Shown here: positions 49,998 to 59,600 of the stretch, one piece after another
Layout of the letters: the number at the start of each line of letters is the position of its first letter
Position numbering within the stretch: the first letter of the stretch is position 1
Source of the DNA: Polyangiales bacterium
Lineage (GTDB): Bacteria > Myxococcota_A > Polyangia > Polyangiales > Ga0077539
DNA: 64,000 nt
NCBI GenBank assembly: GCA_044229975.1
Contig: JBGARZ010000002.1
Coordinates: forward strand, 800,001-864,000
Direction of reading: 5' to 3'
Program-made: the position numbers and the translations under genes
Notes under the pieces: generated by a model
Database searches by the model: none
Told to the model about the DNA's origin: nothing
Seen by the model: only the letters and a program-made list of their open reading frames with translations

Positions 49998-52900
49998 TCA
50001 GAACCGCGGCGCCCGCGACACCGCTTGCGCGAGGCACACCGACCCGAGGAAGGGCCCGCGTCGGTCGCGCGCGCCGATGATGATCTCGTTGATGACCAGG
50101 TAGTACAGCGAGCCGGCGGCGGGCTCGCGGTACGTGTCGAGCGTGAGCGTGTGGATGCCCGCGCCGCCGGGGAGCGTGAGGTCGACGCGCGCCGAGGCGC
50201 TGTTGCCCGAGCACCCGGAGCCCGCGTCGTCGTTGCAGAGGCCCGCCGCGCCGCTGCCGTTGCGCACGTCGATGATGGTGTCGATGGGCGTCGGCGTGTA
50301 GCAGGAGTGCGCGCGCAGGCGGGTGCCCGCGGTGACCTCGGGGCAGCTCCGCCACCAGAACGTATCCTCGGGCCCGATGCCGGTGCCGCCGCAGGTGGTG
50401 TTGACGGTTCCGGGGGTGACGAAGGGGCGGCGCGAGAAGCTGTACTGCGAGCCCGACACGACGTTGGGGACGTACTCCACGGCGCCGTTGGTGGTGATCG
50501 GCAGGTGCTGGAAGTGGATGGTTCCGCTGCCGACGTTGCTCGCGTAGCCCGCGACGCCGAGGAAGTAGGTGCCGGGGTTGAAGCGGCCGACGATCATGGA
50601 CTGCGCGCCGCCGCTGGTGCAGCGCGGGGTGTAGACGTCGTCGCGTGAGGTGTTGACCGCGTCGTCGTTGCACCACACCTCGCCGGGTCGGCCGCCGAGG
50701 ATGTAGTTGTCACACGCGCCACCGCGAGGGCGCCCATCGCGCGCGATGAACAGCACCGTGTCGAAGCCCGCGCCGAAGGTGTCGGCGTGCACCAGCTCGG
50801 TCTGCGTCAGCGTGAAGGAGAAGAACACGTCCGCGCCGGTGCTCGCCACGCAGTTGGTCGACACGTTGGTGGTGTGGTCGCCGTTGACCACGGTGAAGGG
50901 CAGGTCGATCGCCGAGCCCCGCGCGAGGTCGATGGGCGTCGCCGTCTGGCAGGTGTCGTTGACCGGAACGCACCGCGACGCCGTGCACGTCGTGCCGCTG
51001 CCGCAGACCGTTCCGCACGCGCCGCAGTTGGCGTTGTCCGTCGCGAGCACCGCCTCGCAGCCGTTGGCGTACGCGCCGTCGCAGTCGCCGTAGCCCGCGT
51101 TGCAGGCCGCCACGGCGCACCCGGTGCGGCAGCCCGGCGTCCCGTTGGCCACCGTGCACGCGTTGCCGCAGGCGTTGCAGTGGGTCGTCGAGGTCGTGGT
51201 GTTGGTCTCGCACCCGTTGGCCGCCACCCCGTCGCAGTTGCCGAAGCCCGTGGTGCAGCTCGCGACGGCGCACGCGCCCGCCACGCAGCTCGGCGTCGCG
51301 TTGGCCAGCATGCAGGCGTTGCCGCACGCGCCGCAGCTCGCGACGGTGGTGTTGAGGTTGGTCTCGCACCCGTTGGCCGGGTTGCCGTCGCAGTCGGCGA
51401 AGCCCGTGTTGCAGGTGAACCCGCACGCGCTCGCGCGACACACCGGCGTCGCGTTGGCCCGCGGCGGGCAGGCCATCCCGCACGCGCTGCAATGGGCAGG
51501 GTCGCTCGTGAGGTTCACGCAGCGCCCGGCGCAGTAGGTCGTCCCGGCGCCACAGATGGAGCCGCACAGGCTCCCGCTGCACACCGTCCCGGCGCCGCAC
51601 ACGGTGCCGCAGGTTCCGCAGTTGCTGTTGGTGCTGCGCAGGTCGGTCTCGCACCCGTTGGCGGCCATGCCGTCGCAGTTGCCGAAGCCCGGCGCGCAGG
51701 CGGCCACCGCGCAGGCGCCCGCCGTGCAGGCGGCGGTGGCGTTGGGCAGCGAGCACGCCCGACCGCAGACGCCGCAGCTCGTGACGGTGGTGTTGAGGTT
51801 GGTCTCGCACCCGTTGGCGGCCATCGCGTCGCAGTCGCCGTACCCAGCGGCGCACATCGACACGGCGCACGCGCCCGAGCGGCAGGCGGGCGTCGCGTTG
51901 GGCAGCGAGCACGCCCGACCGCAGGCCCCGCACGACCCGACCGTGTTGTTGAGGTCGGTCTCGCAGCCGTTGGCCGCGTTGCCGTCGCAGTTGGCCCAGC
52001 CGGCGTCGCAGGTGACCACGGTGCAGGCCCCGGCCGCGCACCCGGACGTGGCGTGGGCGAGCGCGCAGGCCCGACCGCAGGCGCCGCACGACGCCACCGT
52101 GGTGTTGAGGTTGGTCTCGCAGCCGTTGGGGGTCTGCCCGTCGCAGTTGCCGTAGCCCGTGGTGCAGGCGATGCGGCAGGCCGACATCACGCAGCTCGCC
52201 ACGCCGTTGGCGGTGCCGCACGCGAGCGGGCACATCCCGCAGTGCAGGGCATCGGTCGCGAGCGAGACCTCGCACCCGTTGGCCGGGTTGCCGTCGCAGT
52301 CCGCGAAGCCCGCGTTGCAGGTGCCGACGGCGCAGCCTCCCGCCCGACAGACCGCGGTGGCGTTGGCCAGCACACACCGATTGCCACACGCGCCGCAGTT
52401 CTCGGCGCTCGTCGCGAGCATCGTCTCGCAGCCGTTGCCCGCCATGCCGTCGCAGTCACCGAGCCCCTGGCCGCAGTCGGTGCGCACGCACGCGCCCGCC
52501 GCGCAGCGCGCGCCCGCGCCGGGGAAGTTGCACACGTTGCGGCACGACCCGCAGTTGAGGGTGTTGCTCGCGGTGTCGGTCTCGCAGCCGTTGGCGACGT
52601 CGCCGTCGCAGTTGCCGAAGCCCGTCGTGCAGGTGATGCCGCACACGCCCGCGGTGCAGGCGGGCGTCCCGTTGGTGGCGCTGCACGCGCGACCGCACGC
52701 CCCGCAGTGCGCCGCGCTCGTGCCGAGGGCGACCTCGCAGCCGTTGGCCGCGTCGCCGTCGCAGTCGGCGAAGCCCGCGGCGCATCGGTAGCGACACGCC
52801 CCCTCGGCGCACTCGACCTCGGAGTTGGTGCGGGCGGCGCACGCCATGCCGCACCCGCCGCAGTGCGCGACGGTCGTCGTGGTGGTCACCTCGCAGCCGT

Positions 52901-54116
52901 TGGCCGCGTCGCCGTCGCAGTCGCCGAAGCCCGCCGCGCACGAGCCCACGCAGACCCCGGCCGCGCACGCGTTGGCGCCGTTGAGCCGCGGAACGCACGC
53001 CCCCCCGCACGCCCCGCAGTGGGCGTCGCTGGTGGTGAGGTCGGTCTCGCAGCCGTTGGCGGCGTCGCCGTCGCAGTTGCCCCAGCCCGTCTCGCAGGTG
53101 AGCTGGCACGCGCCGTCGCTGCACGCCGGGGTCGCGTGGGCGCCGGGCGGGCAGAGGTTGCCGCAGGCGCCGCAGTGCATCGGGCTGCGCCGCAGCTCGA
53201 CCTCGCAGCCGTTGGTCGCCACGCCGTCGCAGTCGCCCTGCGTCGCCACCTCGTTGCAACGGACACCGCATCGACCGGCCGAACACGTCGGCGACGAGCC
53301 CGCGCCCGCCGGGCACACGGCGTCGCAGCTCCCGCAGCTCGCCGGGTCGGACTGGAGGTCGACGCAGCGCGATCCGCACATGGTCGTCCCGGCCGGACAC
53401 GACGGCTGGCAGGAGTAGCTGCGCGCGCTGCTGCCAGGGTCGACGGCGACGAGGCAGAGCCCTCGCTCGCCCGAGCAGCGGGTCGCGCAGGCGCCGCAGT
53501 GATCGGACTGCCCGAGGTCGGCCTCGCAGCCGTTGGAGGCGGCGCCGTCGCAGTCGGCGAAGCCCGCGCGGCACTGCGTCGCGCACACCCCGTCGCGGCA
53601 CACGCCCGGCGCGCCGTCGACGCCCGCGCAGGCGTTGCCACAGGTCCCGCAGTGGGCCGCCGAGGAGCGCAGGTCGACCTCGCAGCCGTTGCGGACGTCC
53701 GCGTCACAGTCGGCGAAGCCCGTCGGGCAGACGAGCTGACACGCGCCGTCGACGCAGGAGTTGAAGGGGTTGATGACCTGACAGTCGTAGTCGCCGAGGC
53801 AGCGCGACTGGCACACCCCGTCGCGGGTGCAGAAGGTCGCCGCGGGACAGTCGCTCGAATACAGGCACGGTCGCGGGGCGTTGCGCGACGCGCAGATGGA
53901 GACGCCCGCGAGGCTGCGGGCGCACACGCCATTGTCGGGGCAGTCGCTGTCCTGCGCGCAGGGCGCCCGGCACGTCGTCCCGACGCACACCTGCGGGCTC
54001 TCGCAGTCGGCGTTGTAGCGGCACTGCCCGGCCGGAACGCCGTCGCTCGTACAGCCCACCGCACCGAGAAGGAGACCGCCCAGAACCAGCCCGAAGGCGC
54101 GCATGAAGGGGGACAT
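49998..54116 (-). CDS. Giant Cys-rich repeat lipoprotein with two C-terminal PPC-like domains
   Basis: GAVGC lipobox, 16 (D/N)CD..NGCE repeats, and NDTC..DVFFSFTL..FDTVLF..CNDD C-terminal modules. Confidence 0.9.
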   Translation of the reverse strand: MSPFMRAFGLVLGGLLLGAVGCTSDGVPAGQCRYNADCESPQVCVGTTCRAPCAQDSDCPDNGVCARSLAGVSICASRNAPRPCLYSSDCPAATFCTRDGVCQSRCLGDYDCQVINPFNSCVDGACQLVCPTGFADCDADVRNGCEVDLRSSAAHCGTCGNACAGVDGAPGVCRDGVCATQCRAGFADCDGAASNGCEADLGQSDHCGACATRCSGERGLCLVAVDPGSSARSYSCQPSCPAGTTMCGSRCVDLQSDPASCGSCDAVCPAGAGSSPTCSAGRCGVRCNEVATQGDCDGVATNGCEVELRRSPMHCGACGNLCPPGAHATPACSDGACQLTCETGWGNCDGDAANGCETDLTTSDAHCGACGGACVPRLNGANACAAGVCVGSCAAGFGDCDGDAANGCEVTTTTTVAHCGGCGMACAARTNSEVECAEGACRYRCAAGFADCDGDAANGCEVALGTSAAHCGACGRACSATNGTPACTAGVCGITCTTGFGNCDGDVANGCETDTASNTLNCGSCRNVCNFPGAGARCAAGACVRTDCGQGLGDCDGMAGNGCETMLATSAENCGACGNRCVLANATAVCRAGGCAVGTCNAGFADCDGNPANGCEVSLATDALHCGMCPLACGTANGVASCVMSACRIACTTGYGNCDGQTPNGCETNLNTTVASCGACGRACALAHATSGCAAGACTVVTCDAGWANCDGNAANGCETDLNNTVGSCGACGRACSLPNATPACRSGACAVSMCAAGYGDCDAMAANGCETNLNTTVTSCGVCGRACSLPNATAACTAGACAVAACAPGFGNCDGMAANGCETDLRSTNSNCGTCGTVCGAGTVCSGSLCGSICGAGTTYCAGRCVNLTSDPAHCSACGMACPPRANATPVCRASACGFTCNTGFADCDGNPANGCETNLNTTVASCGACGNACMLANATPSCVAGACAVASCTTGFGNCDGVAANGCETNTTTSTTHCNACGNACTVANGTPGCRTGCAVAACNAGYGDCDGAYANGCEAVLATDNANCGACGTVCGSGTTCTASRCVPVNDTCQTATPIDLARGSAIDLPFTVVNGDHTTNVSTNCVASTGADVFFSFTLTQTELVHADTFGAGFDTVLFIARDGRPRGGACDNYILGGRPGEVWCNDDAVNTSRDDVYTPRCTSGGAQSMIVGRFNPGTYFLGVAGYASNVGSGTIHFQHLPITTNGAVEYVPNVVSGSQYSFSRRPFVTPGTVNTTCGGTGIGPEDTFWWRSCPEVTAGTRLRAHSCYTPTPIDTIIDVRNGSGAAGLCNDDAGSGCSGNSASARVDLTLPGGAGIHTLTLDTYREPAAGSLYYLVINEIIIGARDRRGPFLGSVCLAQAVSRAPRF
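51054..53718 (-). repeat. Array of 16 ~50-aa (~155 bp) Cys-rich repeats
   Basis: Recurrent ctcgca(g/c)ccgtt..gtcgcagt on the + strand. The count comes from the translation and boundaries are approximate. Confidence 0.9.
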
Positions 54117-54170
54117 GCGGGGATCTGAGGCCCCAAACGCCCGCCGGTCAACCACCGCGCGAGCGACAGC

Positions 54171-55439
54171 CTACATCCCGACCGGCGGGTCGTTGGTGAG
54201 CCCGAGCACCGCCGCGCGCACCGCGGCGACGAGGTAGAGGCTGCCGCAGGCGAGCACCACGCCATCACCGGCCACGGCACGGGCTGCCGCGAGGGCGTCG
54301 GTCGGCGACGCGCAGGGCTCCCCATCGAGCGCGTCCCGCATCGCCATGGGCGCCACCGCCCTCGGCAACGGGGCCGCGGCGTAGAAGCGTCGAGCGTCCG
54401 GAAAACGTGCTGCGAGCTGGCCGAGCATCGCGGCCCACGGCTTGTCGGTGGAGGCGCCGAAGACGAGGGCCTTCACCGGCGGAAGTGCAGCAGAGGCGCA
54501 GAGCGCCGCGACACCATCGGGGTTGTGGCCGCCATCGAGGAGGACATCGCCGAGGTGTTCCATGCGGCCGGGCCAGCGGACGGCGGCGAGACCGCGTGCG
54601 ACGGCTGCTGGTGCGATGGGCGCGCCACGCACCGTGAGGCGATCGATGACGGCGAGCGCCGTCGCGACGTTTTCGGCCTGGTATGCGCCCCTCAACGCCG
54701 CGGTGAAGACCACTCGCTCGCCCGCAAGCGTGCCCTCCAACGTGAGCCCGTCGGGCCCGTCACCGAGCACCGTCACGGGTGGCGCGTCGACGAGCGGCGC
54801 GCCCACCGATCGCGCGACCCGCACGATGGCCTCACGTGCTTCGGACGGCGCCGCGAGCCGCGGGCCGAGCACACACATCACACCCGGCTTGAGCACGCCG
54901 GCCTTCTCCGTCGCGATCGCTCCGAGCGTGTCGCCAAGGTACCCCTGGTGATCGAGCGCGACGCTGGTGATGACCGTGATCTCCGGCGCGCACACCGTCG
55001 TCGCGTCGAGGCGGCCGCCGAGCCCGACCTCCAGCACCACGCGCGTCACGCCAGCGCCCTCGAAGCACATCCACCCGAGGGCGGTGGCCGCTTCGAAGAA
55101 GGTCAGCGTCGGAACCTCCCCGGCGGCCATCAGCGCGAGGAGCCGATCGCAGTGGGCGTTCGCGGAAGGCTCGTCGACGGGAGCGCCGTCGATGGCGATG
55201 CGCTCGACGAAGCGATGCAGGTGCGGCGAGGTGTAGCGGCCCACGTGCTCACCCGCGGCGCGCAACACGGCGTCGACGAGGGCGGTGACGCTGCCCTTGC
55301 CGTTGGTTCCGGCGACGTGCACCGCGGGCAGGCGGAGCTGCGGGTCGCCGAGACCACGGAGGGCGGCGCGCATGGCGGTGAGGTCGAGCACGACGCCGCG
55401 GGCGATGAGGGGCGCGAGGCGCTCGATGAGGGTGTTCAC
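54171..55439 (-). CDS. folC: Folylpolyglutamate/dihydrofolate synthase
   Basis: HVAGTNGKGS, YTSPHL, EVGLGGRLDAT, WPGRME, DGGHNP and CGSLYLV motifs. Confidence 0.96.
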   Translation of the reverse strand: MNTLIERLAPLIARGVVLDLTAMRAALRGLGDPQLRLPAVHVAGTNGKGSVTALVDAVLRAAGEHVGRYTSPHLHRFVERIAIDGAPVDEPSANAHCDRLLALMAAGEVPTLTFFEAATALGWMCFEGAGVTRVVLEVGLGGRLDATTVCAPEITVITSVALDHQGYLGDTLGAIATEKAGVLKPGVMCVLGPRLAAPSEAREAIVRVARSVGAPLVDAPPVTVLGDGPDGLTLEGTLAGERVVFTAALRGAYQAENVATALAVIDRLTVRGAPIAPAAVARGLAAVRWPGRMEHLGDVLLDGGHNPDGVAALCASAALPPVKALVFGASTDKPWAAMLGQLAARFPDARRFYAAAPLPRAVAPMAMRDALDGEPCASPTDALAAARAVAGDGVVLACGSLYLVAAVRAAVLGLTNDPPVGM

Positions 55440-56284
55440 GACGGCGAGTCGAAGAGCAGCCCGAGCACCCGAGCGAGCGTCGCGCGGAGCTCACCGCGCG
55501 GCACGATGGCGTCGATCATCCCGTGCTCCAACAAGAACTCACTACGCTGAAAGCCCTCGGGGAGCGTCTGCTTGATGGTCTGCTCGATGACCCGCGGCCC
55601 CGCGAAGCCGATGAGCGCGCCGGGCTCGGCCAGGTTGACGTCGCCGAGCAGCGCGTACGACGCCGCGACGCCGCCGGTCGTGGGGTCGAGCAGCACCGAC
55701 ACGAAGGGGACTCCCGCGTCGGCCAGCAGCCCCCGCGCGGCGACGGTCTTGGCCATCTGCATGAGCGAGTGGATGCCCTCCTGCATCCGCGCTCCACCTG
55801 ATGCGCTCAGCACCACGACAGGTCGCCGCGCGCTCGCGCCCCGCTCGAACAGTCGCGCCAGGCGCTCGCCCACGACGCTCCCCATGGAGCCGCCCATGAA
55901 CCCGAACGCAAACACCCCGAGCGCGATGGGTCGACCATCGAGGGTGGCGTCGCCCACCACCACGGCGTCGGACTCGCCCGAGCTGCGCTGCGAGCGCGCG
56001 ACCCGGTCGGGGTACGTCTGCCCGTCGCTGAAGCCCAGCGGGTCGGCCGAGCGCAGCCCGTCGCCGATGGGCGCGAAGCTCTCCTCGTCGGCCAGCAGCG
56101 AGACCCAGCGCGCCGCGCTCAGGCGGTGGTGAAACCCGCAGCGGGGACACACCTCCCACGCGCGGGCGAGCTCGTCTTCGAGCAGCGTCGCGCCGCAGCC
56201 CCCACAGCGGCGAAACACGCCCGGCGCCACCGATCGCTTCTCGGCGCCATCGACGGTCGCCCGGTCTCGCCGACGCCAGTTCAT
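55436..56284 (-). CDS. accD: Acetyl-CoA carboxylase carboxyltransferase beta subunit
   Basis: CGGC..CPRC zinc ribbon, FMGGSMGSVVGE, SGGARMQEG, PTTGGV and GFAGPRVIEQT motifs. Confidence 0.97.
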   Translation of the reverse strand: MNWRRRDRATVDGAEKRSVAPGVFRRCGGCGATLLEDELARAWEVCPRCGFHHRLSAARWVSLLADEESFAPIGDGLRSADPLGFSDGQTYPDRVARSQRSSGESDAVVVGDATLDGRPIALGVFAFGFMGGSMGSVVGERLARLFERGASARRPVVVLSASGGARMQEGIHSLMQMAKTVAARGLLADAGVPFVSVLLDPTTGGVAASYALLGDVNLAEPGALIGFAGPRVIEQTIKQTLPEGFQRSEFLLEHGMIDAIVPRGELRATLARVLGLLFDSPS

Positions 56285-56294
56285 GGCGAGACGT

Positions 56295-56936
56295 CTACCG
56301 CGCGCTGGGCGCGGGGGGAATCTTCGATCCGCGAACCACCATGGACGCCGCGCCGCGCAGCTCGAGGTTGTCGCGGCAGGGCATCACCTCCATCAGCGAG
56401 GCGTCCACCGCGTCGCCCGGTGAGTAGGTGGGCGGCGGCGCGAAGTGACCGCCCGTCGGCAGCGGGCCGAGGCGCGCCACGCAGGCGCCGAAGAGGTCCA
56501 TGGAGAGGTAGCGGTTGGGCTCGACGAAGAGCATCTCCAGCCACTCGCCGAAGCTCGACGCGAGGCGCTCGACCTTCGCGTCGAGCACGCGGAGCCGCAC
56601 CACCTTGCCGTCGCGATACCCGAACTGATCACCGAGCCCGGAGTCCGCGAAGAAGGTCACCCCGTCGAGGAGGAGGCCGAAGGACTGGCGCCAGCCATCG
56701 GGGCGGTTCCAGAGGTCGAGGGACTGGTTGGGGATGTCGGTGCGCGCGCCGAAGAAGTGCAGCGCGCCGTGCAGGGCGTAGCAGCCGTTCCAGCGGTAGA
56801 GGAAGCGGTGGTGGTCTTCCGCGCTGCGACCGGCGGCCTTCAGGGTCGCCATCGCCGAAGGGCCGTCGAAGGGAGGCGCCACGTGCCCCTGCACGATCGT
56901 GGGCTCCACCCATGCGAGGAGCTTCTGGAGGTCCAT
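56295..56936 (-). CDS. SMI1/KNR4 (SUKH) family protein
   Basis: EDHHRFLYRWNG, FFADSGLGDQFG and ERLASSFGEWL match the SUKH pattern. Confidence 0.7.
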   Translation of the reverse strand: MDLQKLLAWVEPTIVQGHVAPPFDGPSAMATLKAAGRSAEDHHRFLYRWNGCYALHGALHFFGARTDIPNQSLDLWNRPDGWRQSFGLLLDGVTFFADSGLGDQFGYRDGKVVRLRVLDAKVERLASSFGEWLEMLFVEPNRYLSMDLFGACVARLGPLPTGGHFAPPPTYSPGDAVDASLMEVMPCRDNLELRGAASMVVRGSKIPPAPSAR

Positions 56937-56988
56937 GACGTGGGACGATATCGCGAAAGTCAGGCACCGCGCGGCGCCACGACCTCCG

Positions 56989-57765
56989 TCACAGAACGAA
57001 CTCGTCGCCCAGGCTCAGCAGCTCCAGCCGGTCTTCGTGAAGCTGCGAGAGCTCCCGCTCCACCGCCGCCTGACACGCCGGCTTGATGTGAAACATCAGC
57101 CACGGGATGTCCTTGCGATCGAACTTCCGGAGCTCCCGTCCGAGCGTCGACGGCGTGTGGTGCCCCGACACCTTGGCGAGCCACTCCAGTTCGTTGGGGA
57201 AGCTCACCTCCTGGAGCACCGCCTTGAGTCCGGGTGTCTCGCGCAGCACCTCCCAGAAGCGGTCGGTGGGCCCCGTGTCGCCCGAAAACGCCAGCGACGT
57301 CCCCTCGCGCGACACCACGATGCCGGCGCTCTCGATGGTGTGCGAGACCAGCACGGCCTTGAGCGAGTAGCCCACGATGTCCTGGGCCACCTCGGGTTCG
57401 AGCACCTTGAGCACCACCGTCGAACCACCACCCGCGACCAGCGGGATGTTGGTGAAGTCGGGCCAGAGGACGTTGTTGAAGAAGTGCTCGCGCAGCGCGC
57501 GGATGGTGGCCGCGGTGCCCGCCACGACGAGCGGGGTGTTGCCCCCCTGGCAGCGGTTGTCGGCGAGCGACGCGAGGTCGCGCACGTGATCGAGGTGGGC
57601 GTGGGAGACCACCACGGCGTCGAGCTTCATCTGCTCTTCGAGGGTCAGCATCGCCGTCGTGGCGCCGGCATCGAGCGCGAGCCGACCGTCCACGAGGAAG
57701 CTCGTCGTGCGGTGCTTCGCCGTCTCGCCGCCATGGCACCCGAGGATCTTCAGTTCCATGGTCAC
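56989..57765 (-). CDS. Class II 3',5'-cyclic-nucleotide phosphodiesterase (MBL fold)
   Basis: ILGCHGG, LDAG, SHAHLDH, FNNVLWPDF, FSGDTGPT, EVSFPN, GHHTP and HIKP motifs. Start is 57765 or 57759. Confidence 0.9.
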   Translation of the reverse strand: MTMELKILGCHGGETAKHRTTSFLVDGRLALDAGATTAMLTLEEQMKLDAVVVSHAHLDHVRDLASLADNRCQGGNTPLVVAGTAATIRALREHFFNNVLWPDFTNIPLVAGGGSTVVLKVLEPEVAQDIVGYSLKAVLVSHTIESAGIVVSREGTSLAFSGDTGPTDRFWEVLRETPGLKAVLQEVSFPNELEWLAKVSGHHTPSTLGRELRKFDRKDIPWLMFHIKPACQAAVERELSQLHEDRLELLSLGDEFVL

Positions 57766-58409
57766 GCCCCCTCTGTGGCTGGTCGTTCGAGTGCATCCAC
57801 GAAGGCGTAGAGCTGGTCGGGCTCCGGGAGCAGCCAGCCGTAGCCCTCGGCCGCCCGCACCAGCCGCACCCGCACCAGTCGATCGAGGACGGCCTGCACC
57901 GTCTGGATGTCGAGCCCCACCATCGAGGCCAGGTCGTCGGCCGACAGCGCGAGGCGCACCCCGCCGTCGACCTGCTCGCCGTACTCCTCGCCCGCCCGCG
58001 CGAGCCCGAGCACCACGCGAGCCCGCGGGTCGGCCCGCGAGAGAATGTCGATATACGCGTTGGCGCTGTGCAGTCGGCGCGCGAGGCGCGTGATCATCCG
58101 AACGGCGATCTCACCGTTGCCGAGCACCATCGCCTCGAAGGTGCGGCCGTCGATGACCAGCGCGTCGAGCGCTTCGAGCGAGGTCGCGGTCGCCGTGCGC
58201 GGCTTGTCGTTGAGGATCGCCATCTCCCCGAAGAACTCCCCCGGACCGATGACCGCCAGCGTTCGCTCGCCCGACGGAAACACCTTGGAGATTCTCACCC
58301 GCCCGCTCTGGATGACGAACATCTCGGCGCCGGGGTCGCCCTCCCGGAAGAGCACCTGCCCCGCGGGGAAGCTCCGTCCGAAGCGGGAGGAAAGGGGTTC
58401 TGACGACAT
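57762..58409 (-). CDS. Crp/Fnr family regulator with intact cNMP-binding cassette
   Basis: LFREGDPGAEMFVIQSGRVRI, GEFFGEMAILNDKPRTATA and a C-terminal HTH. Start re-picked at MSSEPL. Confidence 0.92.
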   Translation of the reverse strand: MSSEPLSSRFGRSFPAGQVLFREGDPGAEMFVIQSGRVRISKVFPSGERTLAVIGPGEFFGEMAILNDKPRTATATSLEALDALVIDGRTFEAMVLGNGEIAVRMITRLARRLHSANAYIDILSRADPRARVVLGLARAGEEYGEQVDGGVRLALSADDLASMVGLDIQTVQAVLDRLVRVRLVRAAEGYGWLLPEPDQLYAFVDALERPATEGA

Positions 58410-58503
58410 CCCGCGGAAGTGTAACCGCCGCGCTTCGACAGGGTCAAAGCAAACGCCAGAAGCGCGCTGGCCAAGTTGCGTACACTCGCTGTTCGGATCC
58501 GCC

Positions 58504-59571
58504 GTGAAACCAGCCCTGCTCCTCGCCTGCTTGAGCCTGGGTTGCGCCGACGGCGCATCGCCGCCCCGACCGCCGAGCGCCCCGCCTCGCATCCCTCCGC
58601 GACCCCTCGCCCTGCGCCCAGGTCCTGCGGCACCTCGGCCCGAGCTCGGCGAAGCCCCGAGCGCCGCCCCCATCGACGACGACCTCGTCGCCCGGTGCGT
58701 TCGCCGTAACCGCGACTCGCTCGGCCCCGAGCTCGGTCGCGCGCTCCAGGCCCTCGCCGATGACTCCCTCCTCGAAGACTCCTGCCGCCTCGACCTCGCC
58801 GTGCGTCAGCGCGCCCCCGATCGGTGCGCCTCGCTCCACCTCTCCAGTCTCCGCGAGACCTGCGCGTTTCGCTCGGCCGTCGCCGCGGCCCGCCCGCTCT
58901 CCTGTCCACCGGCTCCGGGCCTGCGCGGCCGCGACCCGGTGTGCGTCGCCCTCGCCGCCCGCGACGCCTCCCTCTGCGGCGCCGCCTCGCTCGCCGAGAG
59001 AGCCCGCTGCCTCGCCCTCGCGACGGGCGATGGTCGACGCTGCGAGACCCTCGACCCGCTCCTGCGCCCCACCTGCCTGCGCGACCTCGAACCCCTCCGC
59101 GCCGTGATCGCACCGCTGCCCAACGCCAGCGTCCTCTCACCGGACGCCTCGCTCAACGTGTGGTCCACCGCCTCGGGCGATGCGAGCGCGGGTGTCCCCG
59201 CGCCGTGGCTCATTCGCGGGGTGTTCGCCGACGAGGTGGGCTCCATCTGGGTGGTCAACCCCGCCGTGGGTTGGCCCCGCGCGACGACCCTCACCAACGA
59301 CGAGACGCAGGTGGGTGTGGTGCTTCGGGCAGAGCGCGGCGCGGCAGCAGTGCTCGACGCGAGGCTGGTGCCGCCGGGCGCGGTCGCGCTCTCCGTGGGC
59401 GACGGCACCCTGCGGGCGACGGCGATGTTGACCCGCGCATCGGCCCGACGCGGCGGGCGCGTGGCCGGGCGGGTCACCTTCGAGGGCGTCACCGGGGGAC
59501 GGGTGCTTCGGGTCGAGCTGCGCTTCGATACCTTCGTGCGAGACGTGGTCGACGCCGCGACGTTGCGGTAA
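58504..59571 (+). CDS. Hypothetical lipoprotein with helical Cys repeats
   Basis: GTG start VKPALLLACLSLGC lipobox, Pro-rich linker and repeated C..L.....C units. Confidence 0.7.
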   Translation: MKPALLLACLSLGCADGASPPRPPSAPPRIPPRPLALRPGPAAPRPELGEAPSAAPIDDDLVARCVRRNRDSLGPELGRALQALADDSLLEDSCRLDLAVRQRAPDRCASLHLSSLRETCAFRSAVAAARPLSCPPAPGLRGRDPVCVALAARDASLCGAASLAERARCLALATGDGRRCETLDPLLRPTCLRDLEPLRAVIAPLPNASVLSPDASLNVWSTASGDASAGVPAPWLIRGVFADEVGSIWVVNPAVGWPRATTLTNDETQVGVVLRAERGAAAVLDARLVPPGAVALSVGDGTLRATAMLTRASARRGGRVAGRVTFEGVTGGRVLRVELRFDTFVRDVVDAATLR

Positions 59572-59600
59572 TCCTGCGGCTGAAGTTCGTCTAAAACCTC

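Noticed and set aside
51054..53718. Regularly spaced DNA repeats resembling a CRISPR array
   Set aside because: The repeats are in frame, degenerate at third positions, have a ~155-bp period, encode Cys-rich protein repeats, and have no cas genes nearby.
50787..54128. 1113-aa plus-strand ORF, and similar long ORFs such as 29810-32467 (+), 19766-22339 (-), 12323-14704 (-), 35084-37822 (-) and 25139-27703 (-)
   Set aside because: These are antisense or frame-shifted shadows of well-supported genes. They are Arg/Ala/Gly-rich with no motifs, as expected when high GC makes stop codons rare.
56295..58409. Crp + MBL hydrolase + SMI1 as a Pycsar/CBASS-type defence or anti-defence system
   Set aside because: No cyclase, CD-NTase or effector is in the window. 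Codon usage is host-like and the context is housekeeping.
58468..58486. TGGC..TTGC as a sigma-54 site, or TACACT as a -10 box
   Set aside because: The GG-GC spacing is too short for sigma-54, and there is no matching -35 for the -10.
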